The translations under genes were made by a program, and so were the position numbers. This document shows positions 7,197-14,744 of a DNA stretch of 32,000 nt, one piece after another. The DNA comes from an uncultured Erysipelotrichaceae bacterium. Lineage in GTDB: Bacteria; Bacillota_I; Bacilli_A; Erysipelotrichales; Erysipelotrichaceae. Below the pieces are notes generated by a model. It was not told the DNA's origin. It made no database searches and saw only the letters and a program-made list of their open reading frames with translations. Each line of letters starts with the position of its first letter. Position 1 is the stretch's first letter. The stretch lies in contig OW818668.1 in NCBI GenBank assembly GCA_942493105.1, positions 840,001-872,000 of the forward strand, given 5' to 3'.

Positions 7197-9311
7197 GTGG
7201 CTATCACCGCGATTAAAGGTAGAAAAAGAAAAGACTCTAAAAAAGATAGTCAGGTACATCTTGAGAAAGATCCAAAGGAAAGAGATCTGCTTTCGGAATT
7301 GAATTTAGCCAATCAAGAGATCGCAGAACAACTTATTGAAAAGAAGAAACGTGAAGATGAATTAGCCATAGCCCATATTGAGTTGGTTTTTCAAGAGCAC
7401 GAGAAAGATATGCGTGCTAAAGAATTGGTTGTTGCTAATTCTGAACTCGCCTATCAAACTTCAGAGAAAGCAAAGCGAGCAGAAGAACTGGACATCGCCA
7501 ACAAGGAACTGGAATATCAAACTTCAGAAAAAGCAAATCGAGCATCAGAATTAGTTCTCGCCAACAAGGAACTGGAATATCAAACCTTAGAGAAAGCAGA
7601 TAGAGCTTCGGAACTCGATATTGCGAACAAGGAACTGGAATATCAAACCTCAGAGAAAGCAAATCGAGCGTCTGAGTTAGTCATTGCCAATAAAGAGTTG
7701 GCCTATCAAACTTCAGAAAAAGCGGATCGTGCATCTGAATTATTAGTTGCCAACATAGAGTTAGCCTATCAAACTTCAGAAAAAGAGGAAAGGGCTTCTG
7801 AGTTAAGGATTGCCAACAAAGAGTTAGCGTATCAAACCTCAGAAAAAGCAGATCGAGCCTCAGAACTAAAACTCGCAAAATCAGAACTAGCCTATCAAAC
7901 CACTGAAAAAGCAGATCGGGCTTCCGAGTTAAAAGTCGCCAATACAGAATTGGCCTATCAAACCTCAGAAAAAGCAGATCGAGCTACCGAATTAAAAATA
8001 GCGAATATAGAACTTGCCTATCAAACATCAGAGAAAGCAAACCGTGCTTCTGAATTAAAAATCGCTAATTCAGAATTGGAGTATCAAACATCAGAGAAAG
8101 CAGACCGAGCTTCGGAGTTAAAGATTGCCAACAAAGAATTGGCTTATCAAACCACAGAGAAGGCAGATCGAGCATCTGAATTGAAGATTGCTAATAAAGA
8201 ATTGGCTTATCAAACTGCAGAGAAACAAAAACGTGCAGATGAATTCATAATTATCAACAATACCCTCATTAATCAATATGAAAAGATTGAAAATCTTACC
8301 TATCGAGATCAAACAACAGGATTGTATAATCGCAAGTACTTTTTGAAGATGCTTGAGAATTATGATCATGACGAAAATCTTCCAATCAGTGTCATTGTTG
8401 GCGATGTTAATGGATTGGCACTGATCAATGACTCGTTTGGTAATGCACCGGTTGATGAAATTATGATCAAAGTATCCAAGCTACTTAAGAAATTTGTGCG
8501 TCGTGAAGATGTTATTTTTAGATTAAATCATGGTGGTTTTGCGATCATCCTACCCAGAACAGACTATGATACATCAAGTAAAATAGTCCACGATTTGAAA
8601 CTTCAAGCAAGTCAAGAAAAGGTGGGTCATTTTGATATTTCAATTTCGTGCGGTGTACAAACAAAGGGTTCTCTTAAAACAAAACTAAAAGAAATTATTC
8701 AAAGTGCTTATGAAGAACTTATAACAAATAAGAAAGCCGAAAGTACATTAGTAGAGCATAACACGATCAATTTAATTATGAAAATGTTGTTTGAAAAAAA
8801 CAGTCGCGAAATGTTGCACTCAGCTCGGGTTGGGAAGATTTGCGAAAGGATAGCGCAAAGGATGAATTTGAGTCAGGATGTCACCAATAGCATAAGAATG
8901 GCAGGGATGTTACATGATATAGGAAAAATTGGTATTGATGAAGCAATTCTAAATAAAGTTGGAAAACTAGACGATCAAGAATGGAAAGAAGTAAAGAAAC
9001 ATACTGAGATAGGTTATCGCATTCTAAGCGCCTCTAATGAATTTGCAAATTTTGCTGAAGATGTCCTAAAACATCACGAAAGAATGGATGGTAAGGGTTA
9101 TCCAAAAGGAATAAAAGGTGAAGATATTTCGTTGACTTCAAGAATCATTTCCATCGCTGATACCTATGATGCACTGACTTCGGATCGACCATATCGTTCT
9201 GCACTAAGTGAAGAGGTAGCCATAAAAGAAATTGTAAAATCATCAGGTCATCAATTTGATCCGGCGATTGTTGAGATATTTGTTAATTTGCTTCAGGAAC
9301 AAAGAATTTAG
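7197..9311 (+). CDS. c-di-GMP signalling protein: 15 x 21-aa helical repeats, a degenerate GGDEF domain (NHGGF, with RxxD retained) and an HD-GYP phosphodiesterase domain
   Basis: GTG start after GAGGAA. GGDEF-fold markers are present (TGLYNR, LALINDSFG, RRED-x5-NHGGF). Intact HD-GYP markers are present (HSARV, MLHDIGK, HHERMDGKGYP, DTYDALTSDRPYR). Confidence 0.9.
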   Translation: MAITAIKGRKRKDSKKDSQVHLEKDPKERDLLSELNLANQEIAEQLIEKKKREDELAIAHIELVFQEHEKDMRAKELVVANSELAYQTSEKAKRAEELDIANKELEYQTSEKANRASELVLANKELEYQTLEKADRASELDIANKELEYQTSEKANRASELVIANKELAYQTSEKADRASELLVANIELAYQTSEKEERASELRIANKELAYQTSEKADRASELKLAKSELAYQTTEKADRASELKVANTELAYQTSEKADRATELKIANIELAYQTSEKANRASELKIANSELEYQTSEKADRASELKIANKELAYQTTEKADRASELKIANKELAYQTAEKQKRADEFIIINNTLINQYEKIENLTYRDQTTGLYNRKYFLKMLENYDHDENLPISVIVGDVNGLALINDSFGNAPVDEIMIKVSKLLKKFVRREDVIFRLNHGGFAIILPRTDYDTSSKIVHDLKLQASQEKVGHFDISISCGVQTKGSLKTKLKEIIQSAYEELITNKKAESTLVEHNTINLIMKMLFEKNSREMLHSARVGKICERIAQRMNLSQDVTNSIRMAGMLHDIGKIGIDEAILNKVGKLDDQEWKEVKKHTEIGYRILSASNEFANFAEDVLKHHERMDGKGYPKGIKGEDISLTSRIISIADTYDALTSDRPYRSALSEEVAIKEIVKSSGHQFDPAIVEIFVNLLQEQRI
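7299..8243 (+). repeat. In-frame tandem array of 15 x 63 bp. The first two units are degenerate and the 13 from 7425 are well conserved. It encodes L-K-I-A-N-K-E-L-A-Y-Q-T-S-E-K-A-D-R-A-S-E units.
   Basis: The exact 63-nt period is read directly from the sequence. Units start at 7299+63n and end at 8243. Confidence 0.9.
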
Positions 9312-9751
9312 ATTGTTTGGCAATCTTACGCATAGAAAGATATTTATTTTGAACTGGATTTAGAGCGTAAATTCATTACGAATAAGCCTTAGTAAATGAG
9401 AAAATCAAATAAGTGAAAAAATGTTAAATGAGTGGATTTACTACAGTATTCACATATTCTAGTTAATAAGACTATACTGTGTATAGACCAACAAAGAGGA
9501 TAAGGTCATCAGTTAATGTTTTATTTTATATAAGGCTGTTGAAAATCAAATTATATCTCCTCAATGATATTGCCATGCTATGACTTCGAAATCACACGAA
9601 GTCACCATAAAAAAATAAGATACTGTATTCTCAAAGTATAAAGCAACACCTTGATCTAATAGAACTAATCTTACCTCCTTGATTACCTAGGAGTTTTATT
9701 GTCTTTTCGAATCCTTGTTGTTTGGAATCCCCAAACCGAAAGAGGCTAATA

Positions 9752-10585
9752 ATGATAAAGAAAAGTAATTCACGATGGACGATATTCAGCTTAACGCTAT
9801 CTTTGCTTATTTTGGTATCTACACCATTAACTATACTGGCCGCAACAGTTGAGGCTACAGTGCCGCTAAGTGACGCCTTAAGCTTTGCTGTATTAGCATA
9901 TTCTACAGTGACAAACACCGGAACAACCACAATCAGTGGCACTGCGGGAGGTGAAGTTGGACTGCATCCATCAACATCCATTACGGGAAAAGAAACAATG
10001 ACCATAAGTGGTACATATCATGAAGGTGATGCTGTTGCAGGATTGGCTCAAGCTGCTTTGCTAAATGCTATCACCAATGCTCATGGTCGATCAGCAACTA
10101 GGATAGCAACAGAGCTTGGAAATAAAACACTTCTAGGCGGTGTGTATGATACTGCAAGTGGAACATTTGGCATCACAGGGGACCTAACTCTTGATGGTCA
10201 AAACAATCCAGATACTGTGTTTATTTTTGATATGGCCTCAACATTAGTAACTGCGGCTGGAAGTAAAGTAATTCTAATCAATGGTGCTAATGCATGTAAT
10301 ATTTTCTGGCAAGTGGGAAGTTCAGCTACCTTGGGAACTACTTCTCATATATCTGGCCATATCTTAGCTACAGTATCCATTACTGCAAATGCAGGAGCTG
10401 TTATTGATGGATCATTGTTGGCGAACACTGGGGCAGTCACTTTAAGTGGTAATACGATTACAAATAATCTGTGCCCAACTAATGTGCCTAACACTGGTGT
10501 CCAAGAAGACTTCTTGATTATGGGCAGTTCACTGTTTATGTTGGCAATGGGTGCTTGGTATTTAACAAGAAAAAAGACTGCTTAG
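9752..10585 (+). CDS. Cell-wall-anchored DUF3494 (ice-binding-like beta-solenoid) surface protein with an NVPNTG sorting signal
   Basis: ATG at 9752 lies 6 nt after AGAGG, followed by a signal peptide. DUF3494 blocks are present (FAVLAYSTVTNTG.TTISG, LGGVYDTASG, TLDGQNNPDTVFIF, NIFWQVGSSATLGT, GHILATVSITANAGAVIDGSLLA..GAVTLSGNTI). The C-terminus is NVPNTG, a hydrophobic helix, then RKKTA. Confidence 0.85.
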   Translation: MIKKSNSRWTIFSLTLSLLILVSTPLTILAATVEATVPLSDALSFAVLAYSTVTNTGTTTISGTAGGEVGLHPSTSITGKETMTISGTYHEGDAVAGLAQAALLNAITNAHGRSATRIATELGNKTLLGGVYDTASGTFGITGDLTLDGQNNPDTVFIFDMASTLVTAAGSKVILINGANACNIFWQVGSSATLGTTSHISGHILATVSITANAGAVIDGSLLANTGAVTLSGNTITNNLCPTNVPNTGVQEDFLIMGSSLFMLAMGAWYLTRKKTA

Positions 10586-10654
10586 TACAAAACCTTGATG
10601 ATCAACAAAGTTGACATCAACATATTGGATTAAGGTAATTAGCTAAATTATGAT

Positions 10655-10687
10655 AAAAGATGATAATATTGTTTATCATCTTTTTTT
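10655..10687 (+). terminator. Rho-independent terminator (overlaps Fur-box-like GATAAT hexamers)
   Basis: GATGATAA / loop TATTGT / TTATCATC with A/T extension and a 7-T run. Confidence 0.8.
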
Positions 10688-10759
10688 GACTTACATCAAC
10701 ATGGGCACATGCTTTGATTTAGATCGCTAACATTGATGTAATGTTAGTGAGGTGATTTT

Positions 10760-11584
10760 ATGGAACTATTCTTGCCTGGAATGATTATGGGATTTAGAGA
10801 AGGACTAGAAGCTTTTGTAATCGTAGTCATTATTCTTCAATATCTTAATCATACGCAAAAACAAGCGTATAAGAAACATGTATTTAATGGAGTTACAGCA
10901 GGGGTTATCGCATCTTTGTTGATTGGTTTGGCACTTTATCTTTTGTCTCGCGAACTAAATCAGACAGATGAGTTTACTAAGATTTGGGAAAGCATTTCGA
11001 GTATGTTGGCTTTGATTCTCATTACCTTTTTTATTGTTTGGATGATCCAACATGGCCGTAATATGGTATCTGAAGTTCAAGATCAAGTTCAGCAGAATCT
11101 ATCTAAGTCAGGATTATTTAGTTTAGCATTCATGATGGTAGTACGAGAAGGTACTGAAATTGCAATCTTTACGTTTGCCGGACAATACACTTTATTTTCT
11201 ATTGGAGTAGGGATAACTTTGTCTTTGATCCTTGCGATTTTGATTTATAAAGCGCTGATTAAAGTCAATTTGAAATTTCTATTTAACATTACTTTGGCTT
11301 ATTTGATTTTACAGGCAGGTTTCTTATTGGGTTATGCTGTACATGAAGGTTTATCAGCATTAAAGTCTCTTGAACTTATTCCTACCAATAATGTCTTGCT
11401 GACTAAAGCATTTGATTTATCAGGGACAGTTTTCGATCATAAAGAAGGTGTATTAGGCATAGGAATGTATGTTGGATTGGGTTGGTATTCAAAACCCGAA
11501 TGGATCCAATTCATACTGCAATATGTGTACACATTTGGCCTATTTGCGTATTGGTCGCATGATCTGAAAAGAATCAAACAGTAG
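10760..11584 (+). CDS. FTR1-family high-affinity iron permease (EfeU-like)
   Basis: Two REGxE motifs (FREGLEAFV and VREGTEIAIF) in a 7-TM protein. RBS is GTGAGGTG. Confidence 0.85.
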   Translation: MELFLPGMIMGFREGLEAFVIVVIILQYLNHTQKQAYKKHVFNGVTAGVIASLLIGLALYLLSRELNQTDEFTKIWESISSMLALILITFFIVWMIQHGRNMVSEVQDQVQQNLSKSGLFSLAFMMVVREGTEIAIFTFAGQYTLFSIGVGITLSLILAILIYKALIKVNLKFLFNITLAYLILQAGFLLGYAVHEGLSALKSLELIPTNNVLLTKAFDLSGTVFDHKEGVLGIGMYVGLGWYSKPEWIQFILQYVYTFGLFAYWSHDLKRIKQ

Positions 11585-11603
11585 ACATTATTTGAGTCAA
11601 AGC

Positions 11604-11626
11604 CATCTAAATTAGATGTTTTTTTT
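11604..11626 (+). terminator. Probable terminator after the FTR1 gene
   Basis: CATCTAA.TTAGATG short stem followed by 8 T's. Confidence 0.55.
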
Positions 11627-11801
11627 CTATATAATGATGTGATATTTGATTAATTTATAGGAATTGATTGATTGCGAATCAGTTATTTGGTATATTTTAA
11701 CCGCATGATTTATAAGATTAAATTTAAAAATCATTGCTTGTTATAAAATCAAAACTAATTGAGAAGAGTATCAATATCCTTAGTTAGAGATTTGGGGTTA
11801 A

Positions 11802-12947
11802 ATGAAAAGACCGCGGAAATTAAGAAAAGAAATCATATTTGTCCTCATCATCATCGTGGGCATTTTAGTCACCAACATCACGATCAGTGCTTATAAAGAG
11901 AGTTTAAAAATAAAAGCCTATCAGATGAGAGTTGATGGTGAAGCTTGGTTTGTGGTAGAGGATAAGTTAGCACTGGAGAATATGATTGAAACCTACAAAT
12001 CAAGCTATTTAAAAGGCATCAATGAGAATGCGGTTGAAGTCAAGGCTGAGTTTGTTCAAGACATTCAAATCACAGAAGTCAGAGTTGAAAAAGATGAATT
12101 TATTACACTTGAAGAAGCCCAGAAAAAAATAGTTGCAATTGAAAAAGAGGCAACGATATATACTGTTGTACGTGGGGATAGTTTTTGGGCTATCGCTGAA
12201 AAATATGATATTCCCTTATCAACCATCATTAATCTCAATCCAAATTTAGATCCAGAATTGATTTTCGCAGGTACTAAAATCGTATTTGAACCTAAAGATC
12301 CAGTACTAGATGTGGTGGTCAGTTTTCAAACCACGATACTTGAAGATGTTCCTTATAATACTGAATACATCAAAGATGGCAGTTTATACTCAGGGTCCAG
12401 AGTCGTCGTTAAAAAGGGACAAGATGGCTCAAAGGAAATCACTTATGGTATAACCATCAGAAATGGATATGCCAGTGAAACAAAAGTTTTGGGTGAACTT
12501 GAAAAAGTAGCACCGATAGGTAGTGTCATCAAGGTAGGGACCATGAGAACGCTATCTAAAACAAGCAGTTCAAATTTCGGAGTCGTATCTGGACATTTAT
12601 CGAGTAACTTTGGTTGGAGAATTGATCCAATTTCAGGCATCAGAAAGTTTCATAATGGGATCGATATCGCAACCAATTATGGAGCACCTATATATGCATA
12701 TACCAACGGCACAGTCACTGAAGCAGGATGGGACAACACAAAAGGTTATCATGTCACAATTCAACACAGCGGTGGAATTAAGACGAATTATCTGCATATG
12801 TCTAAAATACTTGTGAGTAAAGGCCAAAGTGTCAAAGTAGGACAAAAGATTGGTCAAGTAGGTTCAACCGGATATAGTACAGGCAATCATCTTCATTTCA
12901 GTGTCATCAAAAATGGATCGTATCTTAGTCCTTGGGATTACCTATAA
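11802..12947 (+). CDS. Membrane-anchored LysM-G5-M23 peptidoglycan metalloendopeptidase
   Basis: N-terminal TM segment. LysM (YTVVRGDSFWAIAEKYDIPLSTIINLN), G5-like (VVVKKGQDGSKEITYGITIRNG...VIKVGT) and M23 motifs (HNGIDIA, GSTGYSTGNHLHFSV). Confidence 0.85.
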   Translation: MKRPRKLRKEIIFVLIIIVGILVTNITISAYKESLKIKAYQMRVDGEAWFVVEDKLALENMIETYKSSYLKGINENAVEVKAEFVQDIQITEVRVEKDEFITLEEAQKKIVAIEKEATIYTVVRGDSFWAIAEKYDIPLSTIINLNPNLDPELIFAGTKIVFEPKDPVLDVVVSFQTTILEDVPYNTEYIKDGSLYSGSRVVVKKGQDGSKEITYGITIRNGYASETKVLGELEKVAPIGSVIKVGTMRTLSKTSSSNFGVVSGHLSSNFGWRIDPISGIRKFHNGIDIATNYGAPIYAYTNGTVTEAGWDNTKGYHVTIQHSGGIKTNYLHMSKILVSKGQSVKVGQKIGQVGSTGYSTGNHLHFSVIKNGSYLSPWDYL

Positions 12948-13109
12948 TAAGTATTTTTATTCTGTTTATTTTTTGAGGATGAGATTTATATATACCAAAT
13001 CGACAAGCAAAATACTGCTTCTATTTAGGGAAGCATTTCTACTGAGTTTAGATGAGTGTGTTGTTCATTCATCATAAATAAAGTTTTTTATAACAAATGA
13101 GGACATTCC

Positions 13110-14024
13110 ATGAGACATAATCAAATCGATTTACATATGCATACCAACTTCAGCAATGATGGTCAATATTCACCTTCTCAACTCATGGAAATGTGTGCAG
13201 AAAGCGGTTTGAAAATTGTTGCAATAGCTGATCACAACTCAATGCAAGCGTATCAGGAAGCCTTAGCATTCATTCATCAGAAACAATTAAAACTTACTTT
13301 GATTCCAGCAATTGAGCTAGATTGTCAGTTCAATGGGATAAATCTTCATATTCTTGGTTATGGAATCAATCCAAAAGATAACTGGTTTATTGAATATAAT
13401 AACAATCTTGAATCTACAGAACGTCAACATTCACACATCAAAGTTGAGAAGATTCGTTCATTAGGTATTCATCTTGATCAAGAAGAATTAGAAAAAATTA
13501 GTATCAACGGCATAATAACCGGAGAAATGATTGCGGAAGTTGCTTTGAATGATCACCGAAATGAACGTCATCCTCTTTTAACCCCATATAGAATTAACGG
13601 AAATCGTCAAGATAATCCATATGTTAACTTCTATTGGGACTATATGGCTCAAGGTAAACTTGCATACGTTGAAATAAACTATGTTGACGCTAAAGAAGCC
13701 ATCCAACACATTAAAGATGCAGGAGGATTGGCTGTATTCGCTCATCCTGGAAACAATATTAAAACTAACGAAAAATTGCTTGATGAGATCGTGGCATTGG
13801 GTCTTGATGGAATTGAAGTTTACAGTACTTATCATGATGTTGATACAACTCATTTTTATAAACAGAAAGCATTGAAGCATCATTTGTTGATGACACTTGG
13901 AAGTGACTTTCACGGAAAAACAAAACCTTCTATCAAATTAGGAAATTTTGATTGTCTTGAAGAAGAGAATCTTACAGTTGCTTTTCTTAGTCGTCCCGAA
14001 ATATCCAGAGTTCACAATAATTAA
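13110..14024 (+). CDS. PHP-domain metal-dependent phosphoesterase
   Basis: IDLHMHTNFSNDG N-terminal motif, then AIADHN, FAHPG and GSDFHG metal-ligand blocks. RBS is GAGGA. Confidence 0.8.
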   Translation: MRHNQIDLHMHTNFSNDGQYSPSQLMEMCAESGLKIVAIADHNSMQAYQEALAFIHQKQLKLTLIPAIELDCQFNGINLHILGYGINPKDNWFIEYNNNLESTERQHSHIKVEKIRSLGIHLDQEELEKISINGIITGEMIAEVALNDHRNERHPLLTPYRINGNRQDNPYVNFYWDYMAQGKLAYVEINYVDAKEAIQHIKDAGGLAVFAHPGNNIKTNEKLLDEIVALGLDGIEVYSTYHDVDTTHFYKQKALKHHLLMTLGSDFHGKTKPSIKLGNFDCLEEENLTVAFLSRPEISRVHNN

Positions 14025-14096
14025 TCTCAATTATTTTAAGACCATCATTTCGATGGTTATGTTTAATAGGTATGACTTACTAAGATTCATAGTGAG

Positions 14097-14630
14097 ATGT
14101 TGATTTATGGTCAAATTTATAAAAAAAAGGGGAGAACTTGGTATACTTACCCTATGATCACGCAAGCATTCTCGTTACTTAAAACAAAAAAACTGCTGCT
14201 TCAAGGGGTAGGACTCTTCATTGTATTCATGATTCTTTATACGATGATAGACAACCTCAATCTAGAGATGAATCAAATGATTCTTACTTATGGAGTCAGC
14301 TTGGTTGCACTTAACATCATTACTAACCTCGTCATGGCTTTTGGTTCAGCATTGATGTTGAATCTCTCCACTGCAATGGCTTTACTCAAAGGGAAAGAAA
14401 GCATCGGTTCAAACTTGAGTTATGCATCGATTCTCTTTGGGATCTTGACCTACGGTTGCACCCCCTGTATCATCGCCTTCTTTGCTAGTTTTGGGATTGC
14501 ATTCTCTGTCATTGCCTTACCACTAGCTGGCTATCCATATAAGATCATGTCCTTGGTTTTGATTGCCATAGGTATCGGATGGACCTTGTGGGAAATTCAA
14601 AATTCGACTTGTAAAATCAAAACGCAATAA
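14097..14630 (+). CDS. Hypothetical polytopic membrane protein with an intramembrane CTPC motif (start uncertain; ATG at 14154 is an alternative)
   Basis: Hydrophobic segments throughout, with YGCTPCIIAFFASFG in a predicted TM helix. I recognise no family. Confidence 0.5.
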   Translation: MLIYGQIYKKKGRTWYTYPMITQAFSLLKTKKLLLQGVGLFIVFMILYTMIDNLNLEMNQMILTYGVSLVALNIITNLVMAFGSALMLNLSTAMALLKGKESIGSNLSYASILFGILTYGCTPCIIAFFASFGIAFSVIALPLAGYPYKIMSLVLIAIGIGWTLWEIQNSTCKIKTQ

Positions 14631-14646
14631 AGCAAATTCACTAAAA

Positions 14647-14707
14647 AAACTGTTCCCACTGAATTGACACGAGTTTTATATTTTGTGTCTTTTTTTGGGA
14701 CCAGTTT
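14647..14707. terminator. Bidirectional terminator between convergent genes
   Basis: The outer stem AAACTGTTCCCA / TGGGACCAGTTT (one mismatch) encloses the inner hairpin GACAC...GTGTC. T-runs are present on both strands. Confidence 0.6.
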
Positions 14708-14744
14708 ATTTTCTGGGTTTGATATTATGAACATTTTGAATCGA

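Noticed and set aside
7435-7878. Minus-strand ORFs 7435..7662 and 7681..7878, and 8118..8369, inside the c-di-GMP gene
   Set aside because: They are themselves periodic (repeated LSLRFDIPVPC-type strings). They exist only because the 63-bp coding repeat lacks stops in the antisense frame. They have no RBS and lie fully antisense to a well-supported gene.
7299-8243. The regular 63-bp repeats as a possible CRISPR array or satellite
   Set aside because: The repeats are contiguous with no spacers. They stay in one open reading frame, differ mainly at synonymous positions, and encode a coherent helical peptide. They are protein-coding repeats.
9312-9751. A c-di-GMP riboswitch (GEMM-I or GEMM-II) upstream of the sortase-B-type surface protein
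   Set aside because: I looked for the conserved cores from memory (GEMM-I ...ACGCAAAGC...; GEMM-II ...GGGCAC...GUGCAACCGACC...) and found nothing resembling them. A covariance-model scan would be decisive, so I only note that none is visible.
9631-10005. 124-aa minus-strand ORF overlapping the 5' end of the DUF3494 gene
   Set aside because: It is antisense to a gene with a signal peptide, family motifs and a good RBS. Its own product is low-complexity, with no start context.
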